Source: Chiloscyllium plagiosum
Taxonomy: Eukaryota
Assembly (NCBI RefSeq): GCF_004010195.1
Contig: NC_057719.1
Span: forward strand, 56,306,123-56,357,478
Reading direction: 5' to 3'
DNA: 51,356 nucleotides
The position numbers and the translations under genes are program-made. Positions 1 to 12,080 of the stretch are shown here, in pieces. The stretch's first letter is position 1; the number at the start of each line of letters is the position of its first letter. The notes under the pieces are model-generated. The model saw only the letters and a list, made by a program, of their open reading frames with translations. It did not search any database and was not told the origin of the DNA.

Positions 1-389
1 GAGGATGTTACTTACCTATGAAATATATATGCACACATGCAATGCTAGTATGTTGAATAAGTTGTCGGCATACTTAAGCATTGATGCAACCGAAAGATGT
101 GTGTTTGCCTCTGGTGCCCTTGAATAATGTCTGTCTTAATGGCAGTTCGACCACACTTGACCGTGAAGATTGACTGCATAGTTCATTCTACTTAAATGTA
201 CAAATTTGGTGATTTCATGGTTATTACTTGCATTTAAGATATGTTAACAAAACCTTTGCAGTATTTAACAGTTTTCTGTGCTATTATCAGAGTAAGTTGA
301 GAGAAAGCTAGACATGAAATTCTGGTGATAATATGAATGGCAAGATGCAGCTGGCATAAAATTACTCTTCTGAATTAAATTTATTTTGA

Positions 390-590
390 TGTGGACGTGC
401 TGGTGTTGGACTGGGGTGGGCAAAGTCAGAAGTCACGTGACACCAGGTTATAGTCCAGCAGGTTTATTTGAAATCACAAGCTTTTGGATCGCTGCTCCAT
501 TGACTAAGGAGCAGTGCTCAGAATGCTTGTGATTTAAAATAAACCTCTTAGGCTAAGCATGGTGTCATGTAACTTATGATTTCTTGTTTT
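390..590. mobile_element. Fold-back remnant of another Penelope-type family
   Basis: Imperfect palindrome centred near 500 (ggtttatttgaaatcacaagc / gcttgtgatttaaaataaacc); the left arm closely matches 45556-45680. Confidence 0.7.
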
Positions 591-670
591 AAATTCTCAG
601 ATATGAACATTGTAGAGTTGAGGTTGAAAATTCTTGAGTTTTGATGCTTTTTTTTTTCCCTTACCAACAG

Positions 671-826
671 CAAAAAAGACGTCAGGAAATAGAGCAGAAA
701 CTTGAAGTGCAAGCTGAAGAAGAACGTAAACAAGTAGAAAATGAAAGGAGAGAATTATTTGAGGAGCGTCGTGCTAAACAAACTGAGCTAAGACTTCTAG
801 AACAAAAAGTGGAACTGGCCCAGTTG
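671..826 (+). CDS. PNN: Pinin, third-to-last coding exon ([21 protein letters not shown]...KVELAQL)
   Basis: Polypyrimidine tract plus CAG acceptor at 668-670; GTAGGA donor at 827; 156 bp, phase 0/0. The peptide is essentially identical to the recalled vertebrate pinin coiled-coil (Pinin/SDK/memA) region. Confidence 0.96.
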
Positions 827-906
827 GTAGGAATTTGTTGTCTGCATAGGAAATTGGTGAATTTTGCATTCGCTTGATCTTTAATGTTTCTTCCTTTTTC
901 AAACAG

Positions 907-1045
907 CAAGATGTATGGAATGAACATAATTTAAAAATAATCAAGTACATCAGAACCAAGACAAAGCCTCATTTATTTTATATACCTGGTAAACATTGTC
1001 CAGCTACTCAAAAACTTTTGGATGAATCCCAAAGGAAGATGAATG
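907..1045 (+). CDS. PNN: Pinin, penultimate coding exon ([46 protein letters not shown])
   Basis: Acceptor ttcctttttcaaacag; donor G|GTAAGT at 1046; 139 bp, ends in phase 1. Contains the conserved [15 protein letters not shown] motif. The upstream intron is only 80 bp (827-906). Confidence 0.96.
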
Positions 1046-1999
1046 GTAAGTGTTTTTACAGTAGAATTGCAGATAATGCCTTACCTGAAGCCAGTTTAAA
1101 TCATGTCATTTCAGAAATGTAGCTTGCTAAACAAAATAAAAATTTGAGTTGTGATCATTTTTTTCCGGTATGTCACTGGTTCATGTATAGAAACAGGATT
1201 TGCAGAATGGCCAGTGTACAGTTATTCTAAAGAAAGAGACTAGCAAGTGGATGATATGGATTGCTGTGTTTTATAAAAACAAGTTATTAAGATGCAAGGC
1301 CAAGTGTGACCCAAGTGCAGGCACCCTTTTTGAAAATCTTATAATGTAAGAGACAGGTGCTGAGTGTAAGATCAAAATATAATGTGATGGGTATAAGATA
1401 TTTGCAGTTCAGAAGTTGTAAAGGGATAGCTGTTTATTGACTAATAACTAGAGAATGATTGTGTTTGAAAGGGAGAAAAGAGCTTTTTGTGGCCTCAAGG
1501 TGAAAGGGATTGTCTTGAGGTGACATTTCTTTTGTCCCCCATTTGGAGTGTGCTAGTAGGGCTGCCAAAATATTGGAACAGTATTAAATCTAGACAGATT
1601 TGGGCCTTGCACAATTTCATTACTAAGATATATAGTGTGTGTAAAGAAATGTTTGTGTTAAAGACCAAATCAAGTTTAAGAGCAGCAAGTCCAGAGGACA
1701 ATTTAAGGGCATTATCTTGTGTTTCAGAAGTCTCAACTTGAATTCTTGGTAGCTCAGCAATTGGTTTTCTGTCAAGAATCTGATTTTTTTTTAATGTCTG
1801 TATTTAGAAATTCTGTTTTTAATAGAAAACAACCTATTAAAATCATTATTGTTTATTCAAATGAGAATGAAATGGAATATACGGAGGACAGACTGCAGAG
1901 AGAAAAATTCGTTAAACCCCTGAACATTGGATGTTAATGATGATATGAGGGGAGCTCAGATTGTTCACATGGTTGAGAATGCAAAGTTAGAATATTCTT

Positions 2000-2660
2000 T
2001 AAAGGAATGAAGGTATGGATACAAGTAAGAGTTAGCATGCAAGTACAGTGAACTGCTTGGAAGCAAATTGGCATAATGATCTTTAATGGAAGAAATATCT
2101 AAAGAAAGATATGCTTGCTTTGCAGGCAGTGCATCAAATATAGAATGAGAAGATTGCCCAATGCTGAGGGGTTGAGTTAATTGGGTCTGCATTCTGAATT
2201 TTTTTGAAAAACTGTCTTATTGAAAAATTTAAGATGCTGAAGGAATCTACGACTTTGACACTGAGGTTGTTTCTGCTGGCTGGGTAATCTGGAACTAGGT
2301 AGACCACTTTTGGCCAAGAAATCAGCCATTAAAGATTGAGATGAGGGGAAGCAACCTTCACTGAGGGGGGCTGGTGAACTTATGGATTTCTCTACTCCTA
2401 GAGGGTTATGAGTGCTCCATTGTTGAGTATATTCAAAACTGAGGTAATCAAGTGTTTTGATCTTGGGGAATTAAAGGATATCAGTAAGTGGCAGAAAAGT
2501 GGATTTGAGTTAAATGTGTATTATGGATCAATGGTGCTGGATCTGGTTTCCAGCATCTGCAGTCATTGTTTTTACCTAAATGTGTATTATGTTCATTTTA
2601 AATAGTGGATCAGGCTTGAACAGCTGATTGGTCTACTTCTGTTCCTATCTCTTATGCAGT
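2000..2660 (+). mobile_element. Degraded CR1 LINE 3' fragment
   Basis: The tail aaatagtggatcaggcttgaacagctgattggtctacttctgttcctatctcttatg resembles the other CR1 ends. Confidence 0.6.
2526..2576 (+). mobile_element. 51-bp Penelope-type 3' tail insertion
   Basis: 15-bp TSD TAAATGTGTATTATG at 2511-2525 and 2577-2591, flanking a tccagcatctgcagtc tail. Confidence 0.75.
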
Positions 2661-3239
2661 TATGAGTCTGCAACTTTGTTTTTAAAAAAAAAAAAGTCAG
2701 TCCAAGTTTCAAGTATTAATCTTAAAAAAAAAAACAAAAAAAAATTCCGGCAGTTCTTTTTTTAACTAACAAATTGGGTCAGTTTTGTTCTCTTTTTGAA
2801 TAGGTTTAGCAATGAATGACTATGATACTGAATAAAAATTAGTCGAATTGTGATTCATTCACCGCTCCGGTTTGAACTTATTTGCACCAGCAGGCCATTT
2901 GTAACAAATGATGTCCAACTGAGATGGACCAAACCAATCTTGTTTTTTATTTCAAGATAAAGGTAGTGCAAGGCTGATTTTTTGCAAGGTGTTACTTTGG
3001 GTTACTAAAACTGATGTGCCAATGTGTGCACACATCCTATTCTCATACTGTGCAACCAAATACACTTTATATTTGCCCAACATTCTGAGGCAGTCAAGCA
3101 AGTTTCCATTCAAAGGGTCCTTCAAACATCACCCATCCAACACATTTGTGTCCTCTTCCTCCCCCCCCGCCCAATAAACAGATTATGTTCTATAAATGAA
3201 AATGTCTTTTTATAGCCTTACAAGAGATTGCGTTAAATT

Positions 3240-3418
3240 CATGTGGCCCTGGAAAAGCACAGCAGGTCAGGCAGCATCTGAGGAGCGGGAGGATCGACAT
3301 TTTGGGCATAACTCTTCATCACGAAATGTTCTACTCCTCGGATGCTGCCTGGTTTGTGATTTTCTATTGCCACACATTTCAACTCTGATCCCCAGCATCT
3401 GCAGTCCCCATTTTCTCC
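3240..3418. mobile_element. Fold-back Penelope-type 3'-end remnant
   Basis: Inverted tail (ctggaaaagcacagcaggtcaggcagcatc plus a degenerate hammerhead on the minus strand) followed by the forward tail. Near-TSD TGCGTTAAATT / TGCATTAAATT at 3229-3239 and 3419-3429. Confidence 0.75.
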
Positions 3419-3874
3419 TGCATTAAATTGATAGCTACCATGTTTTCATGGTAAGTTCCAAAGGTGACCAGTTCAGTTGAGAGAATTCCTGGCATCTAAG
3501 CAGTCTTTCAGAAATATTCTATCATGATCAGAGGTTCATTTAAACAGAAACAGTATATTCATATAAAATCCAGGCAGTATTTTGGAGCACTCTTTAACAT
3601 ATGTGGTTTTAGAAGCAATTTGAAGGAACATCAGAGTCAGAATGTGTAATGCTGATTTGGGGGATTAATTTCAGGAGTGATAATCTTAGTTTTAAAGAGA
3701 GACCTGAGGCAATAGAACTTTTTTTACCCAGAACACAAAGCTAAGAGGACATTTGATAGTCTGTTTAAAATATGAAAACGTTTTTGGTGGTTTGACAGGG
3801 AAACTCTTGTCTGAATCAGTCACAAGTGGTTTCCGAGTTAAATGCTAAAGGATAACTGTTAGAAAGGTTTCATA

Positions 3875-4210
3875 CAGTACTTTTGCAACCTTGAGATATC
3901 CCACAAGAAAGCATTTTGGAAGTGCAATCATGAAGTAGGGAAACACTGAATCCAGTACATACACTGCAAGATCCCACAGATAAATGACAAATCATCAGAT
4001 AATCTTCTGTCGTGGTGACAGTTGAAAGAAAAATGTTGGCCATAACACATTTGCAAAATACCCAGAATGTTTTACCCCTACCTGACACGTCTGGCCAGTC
4101 CGCAATTAAAAGATGAAATCTCAAACTTTGACACTCATTGCTGTATTGAACAGTAGACATTGTTTGTTTAAATTTTATGGAGTGACCCATGTTGCTAGGA
4201 GTGTTAATGA
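3875..4210 (-). mobile_element. Old DeuSINE-like (SacSINE1/AmnSINE-related) remnant
   Basis: tagggaaacac...cactgcaagatcccaca...cagataatct...aaaatgttggcca resembles the reverse strand of the Deu domain as I recall it; highly diverged. Confidence 0.45.
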
Positions 4211-4859
4211 GCCCAAAGATTATAAAAATTGTCCAGAGGCTTGTTTAGCATAGAATGTAGTTGAAGTTGCAGGTATTGGATTTGAGTTTTGATGGTTCAA
4301 GCAGAGAGTGGCCTTAACACAGCAATCTGAACCTCAAAGCTGTTACCTTCGTTCTGTTAGAGATTTCTTTGGTACTATTCACTATTGAGCACTCTTTAAC
4401 ATTTACTGGTAGATTTTCTAAGCACTTCAAGAGCAGTTGGTTTTGAATAATCCTTGTTCAAATAACTTGTTTTGAACTATGCACTGTTTTATCATTTTAT
4501 TTCTGTGTAAACATTAAGAGCTATATATATGAATTGATTCCTTTTAAGAATTTCTATGATTAGCAACTGAGGAGAAATTCCTTTATTTCCATCCAAGTGG
4601 GCGATCACTTATCTGTACCTCCACGTTCTCAGAATTCCAACACAGTAGGAATCCTTTCTCTCAGCAACTACACTATCAGCCCCTTCTCAATCTAAAGTTT
4701 CAATGAAATCTCTTGTCATTTTTTTAACTCTAAAGAGTGTAGGTCCATCTTACTGAATCTTTCCTCATAACACAACATGCTTTTTTCACATTTATAATCC
4801 ATTGACCAATTTTTATGCATGCTCACTTAACTATTGCCAGTTTCTAAGATTTTGTTGAT

Positions 4860-5258
4860 TGAGCATCAGAGACTGAAGGGTGACCATTAGAAGTTTATAA
4901 AATCATGAGGTGCATGGATATTGTGAACAGCTAAGATCTTTTTCCCAAGGTTGGGCATCCAAAACTAGAGGGCATAGGTTTAATGTAAGAAGGTGGGGGG
5001 ATGATTTAAAGGGAACCTATTGGGCAGTTTTTTCCACAGAGGGCGATGCATATATGGAATGAACTGCCAGAGGAAGTGGAGGAGGCTGGTACAATTAGTG
5101 TTTAAAAGGCATCTAGATGTGTAAGTGAATAGGAAGGGTTTCGAATGATCAGGGCTAAATGCTGGCAAATAGGACTAGATTAATCTAGGATATCTGGTCA
5201 GCATGGACAAGTTGGAATGAAGGGTTTGTTTCCATGCTGTATGGTTCTACGACTCTAT
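4860..5258 (+). mobile_element. CR1 LINE 3' terminal fragment
   Basis: Aligns by eye with 11690-12080 and 44770-45159. Confidence 0.85.
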
Positions 5259-6235
5259 CTGGGCTAGCTCTGATCTATGCAGCTCGTCAATCTTATGTTT
5301 AAACCATCCCAAAATCCTGAGCCACAGGTGGAGACAAAAGGAGGTGCACCATGGAATGCATCTTTGAGAGTTACGAAATGGCTCCTTAGAAGTTTGCCAC
5401 AGCTTTGCTACTGACTAGCTTTTACCTTATTTTTCCACTGCACATTAATGAAAGTGTCTTTGTAATTTTGAATAAAAGCAATTACTAAGATAACACTTAC
5501 TTCAGACCCCAATTTCTCACTCAAACTGGATGTGAAGTTCAGTCGTGTCCTGTTCATTTTTATCTAGCGGATCCTTTTGCTATGAGGTCATTACTTAATT
5601 GTGTCTCATTGCAGATTACTAAATCTAAAGTAACCTATTCCATGATTGTTTCTAAAATGTATTGTTCTCAGAAACTGGCCTGAATACACTCAGTGAATGC
5701 ACTCATCCTCAAAGCTACATTTGCTGATTCAATTCATTCAAACTCTATGAAAATTAAAATCATGATTATTTTCGTTAGCCAATGACTTTCCTTTTTTAAT
5801 GTTTGGATATTCTGAGCCAAGATCATTTCTCACTTTGAATTGATCTCCTCCTTTGCTTATAGTGCTACATATCTCCTTTTCTTCCTCTCCTGATTTATTC
5901 AGGTCCCAACCATGTTCACTTTGCAACTTTGTCTGGCTATTGCATCACACTTGGTATTTCTATTTTTGCAACCAAATCATCTGTCTGGTCATAAAGAGCC
6001 TTTAGTTCTGTCCCTTTATCAATTTTCTTTATTCCGATCTTATTTGCTGTGGCAGCCTTATGTTTATGTTCTGCCCATTCCTGTAAGAATTAGTCTTGTT
6101 AGCTACATTGGTAGCCTGTGCTATTGTCTTGTCTTTATCTGTCTAAAGTTTCTAAATCTTCTCTCCTTGAAACCATTTGCATCCCCTCCCTAAACATTGT
6201 GGTTTTAAACTGCACGCTTAGTATCTAATTTGCCA

Positions 6236-6336
6236 GGCAAAAGTGATTCCTGATGAAGGGCTTTTGCCCGAAACGTCGATTTTTCCTGCTCCTCAGATGC
6301 TGCCTGACCTGCTGTCCAGCACCACTCTAATCTAGA
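6236..6336 (+). mobile_element. 101-bp Penelope-type mini-insertion (hammerhead motif plus 3' tail)
   Basis: 13-bp TSD ATCTAATTTGCCA at 6223-6235 and 6337-6349. The tail cctgctcctcagatgctgcctgacctgctg is shared with the copies at 3240, 19470 and 49158. Confidence 0.85.
6250..6281 (+). ncRNA. Minimal hammerhead ribozyme motif (core intact) in the last PNN intron
   Basis: CTGATGA-A-GGGC-TTTT-GCCC-GAAAC-GTC-GATT; stem I is short (TC/GA). Confidence 0.65.
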
Positions 6337-8354
6337 ATCTAATTTGCCACGCTTACGATTCTTCCATGCCAAGTTTTAAACCACACATTCATCTGTTGTT
6401 TCGTTTTTACTGTCCGTTTACTTGTGGCTTGAGTAATGATTCAGGAATTTCTACCTTTTGTACTTCAATCCTGAAACACTCTGCAGAAAGTCTACCTTAA
6501 TCCTCCCAATGGTCAGTGATAATAATTGGTTCCGTTCCCTTTCTCTCCATGGTACCAGGCAAGCAGCAGTTTTCTGGACTTTGTCATTCTAATGTAGAGA
6601 ACGTGGTGTTTCCTACCAATACACTGCCCTCTCCAAAAAAAACACCATCATTACTACCCTCCCCAAAACCCCTTGAATGGCCACTGCATCATGATGCTGT
6701 GGTCAATTTGCTCAACCTTCCTGCAGTGTTTGCTCCTCTTCACAAGCTGCATGCATATCAAACCTGTTGAATGATTTGAAAGGGCTGAATCTCACCTTCA
6801 GTCCCTCTAGAAGCCTATACCTACTACTTCGGTTTAGAAAGGACAAAAGTTTTTGTATGTCCTTGGTTAGCCTGATAACTTTCAATCTAAACCTCAATGT
6901 TGGACTTGACTTTTTGGTAAGGCAGGACCAATAATTGTCATATTTAGCCTCATGGATGCTATTGTAGTCACCGCTGCTTATGTAAATCTACAATTTTTTT
7001 TTAGTTCAGTTTCATAAATTGCCCTGAGACTTGAATATGCAGTACTTAGGTTCTAAGGCTGTTGGCATATTTACTAGGTTACCACATCTTTCCCCACAGT
7101 TATACAGTAACTTTAAATAAGAGTATTGCTAAAATAAAATTGCTGTATCATTTTAAAGTGCTGAGTGAGACTCCTGGGAGACCTTGGCTGTATATTTAAC
7201 ATTGTCTAGTTGATTGAATTTTGTATTTGTTGTAACAAATGGATTCAAAAGTTCCAGAACAATCTATTTCTACACCTCAGTGTTTCAAGGTTTCATTTCA
7301 CACTGTTTGGTGCAAATCTTAATATTCATCTCGTTATGCACAGCCTGTTACAAGGAAGTAGTGAAAATATTTCTAAAAATTATCAGGGGAGTACAGGACT
7401 TTGTATTGAAGAGTCAAACCCTAATTTTTTTTTAAGCGCCCTATTCTTAATTCCTCAGTCTAATGTTTGTGACTGACTGACAGATTTTAACTAGTTTTAT
7501 GCATAGGGTATTGCAAGTTTAATGACTTAATTAGGTAACTATTGACTAATTTGATAGTAATTCTTCTTCTACTGCAGTCATCTTTAGTAGCACAAATTTT
7601 AGTTCCTTAAGTGTATATTAATACTTTAAAGATGCAATGTATCCATGGTTCAATACTGAATCTTTCAAGTTCCAGTCCTATTCCCTCACTGAGGACATAT
7701 TTTTATTCAATGAGATGCAAAATGAAATCTGACCACTTGAAACAGTTTCTCTTACTCAATTTAGAATGCCTCTCTTTCTTTGACTTAAAATGATAGTTCT
7801 TTCTCTTAAAAAAAGATTTAACCCATTCATATTTGATTTTGTTTTGGAGCAAACAGTGATTTCAGAATGACAAGCTATAAATAAAGTGCTGGAAGGTCTG
7901 GTATCATGGGGAGTTACAGGAACTGTTTATTCCTGTCAGGCAGTTCTTCAGATGTTGTTTGCAAAATTATTGCAGGTTTTCATAATGCACTGGAAATAAA
8001 TGTGTAGAAAGGATATGTTTTCATTTTTGGAAGGTGTGCAGTGCATGTCCTGTTTCCCTTCCCCCTTCGCTGTTTGTATTTATAATCTGTTTTCTACAAC
8101 CATGTTACCCCTATAAATATCTAATTGTTTAAGAAGCAAGAAAACTAGCTGATCTTTGTAATGGACATCTCTCGTAGTCAAGCTAGGAATATGGCCTATA
8201 ACATGGATATCAATTTGAACAGAATCTAATTAATATGATCTTTTATCATCTCTTATGTTCCCTGCACCACCACTATGATTTATTTCTTTTTGATATGGTG
8301 CTACATTATATTTAAGTTTTTTGTATGCAAGTTTGTTTATTTTTGAATCTTCAG

Positions 8355-9484
8355 GTATTTTTGAACACAGGCGTCTGGAGTTTGCAGATCAAATTAACAG
8401 AATGGAAGTTAGACCTAGACGTCAGTCACTGAAGGAAAAAGAACAGCGAGAGGTGCAGAAGGAAGAGCAACAAAACGAGGAACAGGAGGGTAAGGTGGCT
8501 CACCATGAAGAGGTGGAGGATTTGGGTAACCAGAATAATGATGTAGAAATGGAGGCAGCAGAAGAGGAAGTTGAAGTAGTTGCAGTTAAAAGTGTAGAGA
8601 AACAGCAGGACAAGGAGCAAGAAGTGGAGGCTGAGGAGGAGGAGGTAGAGGAGGGGGAAAACAACAGCCAGCCAGAGAGTATGCCTGTTGATGATAAGGA
8701 AGTAAGCCAAAATGTAGAGAATGATCAGGATATGGTGGAGGAAGTAGATGAGTGTAGGGAGGAGAGAGTAGAAGAGGTTTCTAAGGAACCTGAGCCTGTG
8801 CCTGAGCCAGAACCTGAGTTGGAGCCAGAACCTGAACCCAAGCCAGTACCTGAGTTGAAATACAAACTGGAATCCGAACCCAAGCCTGAACCTGAGCTTG
8901 AATGTTCGGTTGGGAATGAGCCAGCACAAAGTCCTGTAAACACTCAGCCAGTGGATTTACAAGTGGAACCAGTTAGGGTGTCACCAAGGAAAAGCACAAG
9001 TAGGAGCAAGAGTAGTAGCAGGAGTAAAAGCAGAGGTCGTGAGAAGACCAAGAGTAAAAGTCGCAGTCGGAGTAGCAGTAGCACCAGCTCGAGTAGTAGT
9101 TCAAGTACCAGTAGCAGTGGCAGTAGCTCGAGCAGTGGTAGCAGCAGTAGAAGCAGTTCCAGCACTAGCAGTAGCAGTGGCAGTAGTAGCAGAGATAGCA
9201 GCAGTAGCACTAGCAGCAGTAGTGAGAGTCGAAGTAGAAGTCGTAGTCGGGGTCACAGCAGGGACAGAAAGCGGAGGAGGAGCTCAGATCGAAAGCGTAG
9301 AGTTACTTCAAATGCAGACAAAGATCGTAAGTCATCAAAACCCAGTAGCAAAGACTTAAAAGGATCCAGGGAAAAAGGGTCACGGTTAGATAGGAAGAGA
9401 TCTATAACAGAAAGTCATTCAGGCAAAAGATCTTCACGGACTGAAAGAGATCATAAATTGGACAGGAAAGACAAAAAACACTAA
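8355..9484 (+). CDS. PNN: Pinin, terminal coding exon: Glu-rich region, EP repeat, poly-Ser and RS-rich tail
   Basis: Acceptor tcttcag at 8348-8354. The phase-1 join gives G-I-F-E-H-R-R-L-E-F-A-D-Q-I-N (human A-L-F-E-G-R-R-I-E-F-A-E-Q-I-N). Open to TAA at 9482-9484; the SSSRDSSSSTSSSSESRSRSR tail is typical of pinin. Confidence 0.96.
8786..8901 (+). repeat. Coding (GAR-CCN)n Glu-Pro dipeptide repeat in PNN
   Basis: EPEPVPEPEPELEPEPEPKPVPEL...EPKPEPELE. Confidence 0.9.
8999..9250 (+). repeat. Coding (AGY)n poly-serine / RS low-complexity tract in PNN
   Basis: Runs of agtagcagc encoding the Ser-rich segment. Confidence 0.9.
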
Positions 9485-10070
9485 TTCACAGGAGACTGAA
9501 AAAGAAAGAATGACTTTAGGAAGGCTATGTACAATGTACCTGATAAAAGGAGGGATGTTTTCTTTCAGCTGGAGGATAAAGCCGCCTTAAGTCTTGCTTG
9601 CTGTTTAGTACTTTTATTTGAAAACCATGAGACTTAAAATTGCCATTAGACCCTGTACTTTTACAATGTTTTGTATGCACATGTTTCTCTGATTATAATT
9701 AAAGAGTATTTCTCAAGATGGCGTTGTATGGAAATATTGTACTAAACTTCATAGAAGGGCTAGCCTTCCCCTCTTTTCAGTGTTTTTAAATCTGTTGTAT
9801 TCGACCAATGATGCAGTTCTGTACAGTTGCAATTCCAGGGGGAAAAGATGTCATCTGAACATTGTTAATTCTTAGCGTAAAGATGGTTGTCTTTGAATAT
9901 GTACTATACAGTTCCTTTATGTAGAATTAAATGTACATTTTAAAGAGTGAAAACTGTTTGTCTTTCTATTAAAATGTTTCTACAGAATTTGTGATATATT
10001 GAAAGTCCTTGACTCATGAAACAAAGAAATCGCTCCTAAACAATAAACTTGCAAAGTTAGTAGTCTGAGA
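9485..10070 (+). other. PNN: Probable PNN 3' UTR with candidate poly(A) signals ATTAAA (9968-9973) and AATAAA (10042-10047)
   Basis: Repeat-free AU-rich sequence after the stop codon. The hexamers are read directly; the cleavage site is unknown. Confidence 0.55.
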
Positions 10071-10289
10071 GATTTAAATACCACCATTTCAACAGTTGAG
10101 TGCATAATTGCATATAGCCAGGAAGATCCCAAATTTGGTTTGAACTCAGTTGCTTAATCTTGGTTGGGATAATTAATCTTCAGTGTCCTATGACTGGAGA
10201 GAGGAAAAATTAGTTGGTGTTGCCCTCTTAATCACCCTTCTATGATAGTGTTTATATATGCACATCTTTAGGGTACACTTGCTTTTCGG

Positions 10290-12080
10290 CATTTAACTGA
10301 TTTGGATGTGAACTAGGTTTGGTTAGTAAGTTTGCAGATAACACCAAAATTGGAGGTGTACTGGACAGCTAAGAAGGTTATCTCCAAGTACAGCATGATC
10401 TTAATTAGATGGGCCACTGGGCTGAGGAGTAGCAGGTGGCATTTAATTTGGATAAATGTGCGATGCTGCATTTTGGAAAGACAAATCAGGACAGGACTTT
10501 TACATTTAATGGTAAAGAGCTGGGGAGTGCAAGTTCATAATTCCTTTTAAGTGAAATCGCAGGTAGATAGGATAGTGAAAAAGGTTGTTGCAAGGTTTGT
10601 AGCTCAGGTTGAGGTTTAGAGTGTAGGTTTGCTCGCTGAGCTGTAGGTTTGATATCTAGACGTTTCATTACCTGGCTAGGTAACATCAGTGGCAATCTCC
10701 AAGTAAAGCGAAGTTGTTGTCTCCAACTTTCTATTTATATGTTTGGCCTGGGTGGGGAACCTGGGGTTTGTGGTGATGTCATTACCTGTTTGTTTTCTGA
10801 GGGGTTGATAGATGGTGTCTAGGTCTGTGTGTTTGTTTATGGTGTTGTGGTTACCATACATCAAAAGTCTCAGAAATGACAGCCAAACTACTAAGATCCC
10901 TCGGAATCCTAGTAGCACACAAACCCACCAACACACTCAAACAAAAACTAACAAACTTAAAAGACCCAGTACAACCTATGGACAAAACCAACGTCATCTA
11001 CAAAATTCCATGCAAGGACTGCCACAAACACTATGTAGGACAAACAGGAAGAAAGTTAGCCACCAGGATACATGAACACCAGCTAGCCACAAAAAGACAC
11101 TACCCTCTCTCCCTTGTAGCCCTACACACAGAGGAAAAAACCCACCATTTCGACTGGGACAACACATCTATCCTGGGACAGGCTAAGCAAAGACATGCTA
11201 GAGAATTCCTAGAGACCTGGCACTCCAACCACAATGCCATAAACAAACACACAGATCTAGACACCATCTATCAACCCCTCAGAAAACAAACAGGAAATGA
11301 CATCACCACAAACCCCAGGAACCCCATTCAGGAGAAAGATATAAATAGAAAGCAGGAGACATCAGCTTCGCTTCACTTGGAGGTCGCCACTGATGTTACC
11401 TAGCCAGGTAATGAAACGTCTGGATATCAAACCTACACCCTAAAGTGAAAAAGGTGTTTGGTAAGCTTGCCTTTTAGTGGTTAGTGCATTGAGTATAGAA
11501 AATGAGAGGTCATGTTGTGGCTGTAGAAGGCATTGGATAGGCCACTTTCGGAGTACTGCTTGCAGTTCTGGTCTCCCTGCAACAGAAAGGATGTTATGAA
11601 ACTTGAAAGGGTTCAGAAAAGATTTACAAGGATTAGAGGGCCTAAGCTATAGGGCGAGGCTGAATAGACTGGGGCTGTTTTCCCTGGAGCGTTGGAGGCT
11701 GAGGGGTGACCTTATCGCGGTTTATAAAATCATGAGTGGCATGGATAGGGTGAATAACCAAGTCTTTTCCCCAGGGTAAGGGAGTCCAAAACTAGAGGAC
11801 ATAGATTTAAGTTGAGAGGAAAAAGATTTATGAGAGACCTAAGGGGCAATTGTTTTCACACAGCAGTTGGTGTATGTCTGAAATGAGCTGCCAGAGGAAG
11901 TGGTAGAGGCTGGTACAGTGACCAACTTTCAAAAGGCATTTAGATAATTATAAGAATAGGAAGGGTTTAGAGGGATATGGGCCAAATACTGGCAAATGGG
12001 GCTATATTAATTTAGGATATCCGGTTGGCATGGACGAGTTGGATCAAAGGGTCTCTTTCTGTGCTGTGCAACTCTGACTG
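10290..12080 (+). mobile_element. CR1 (HER1-like) LINE 3' part: end of the RT domain to the 3' tail, split by the Penelope insertion
   Basis: SKFADNTKIGG (the KFADDTK RT motif), FNLDKC-x2-LHFG and LEAEG/DL..VYKIM; closely similar to 44393-45159 and 4860-5258. Confidence 0.88.
10586..11443 (+). mobile_element. 5'-truncated Penelope-like retroelement (GIY-YIG endonuclease fragment) with an inverted 3'-end copy, inserted into a CR1 LINE
   Basis: ORF 10876-11403 has VIY..CxxC..YVGQTGR..R..EH..H..E..N. 10586-10852 is largely the reverse complement of the 3' end. 12-bp TSD AGTGAAAAAGGT at 10574-10585 and 11444-11455. Confidence 0.92.

Noticed and set aside
8426..9359. Leu-rich antisense and Val/Ala-rich alternate-frame ORFs over the PNN last exon
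   Set aside because: Artefacts of GAR and AGY codon repeats.
10876..11403. GIY-YIG ORFs (also 35673-36170) as host nuclease genes
   Set aside because: They are 5'-truncated, lack RT, have inverted arms and TSDs, and are multicopy: Penelope-like element fragments.
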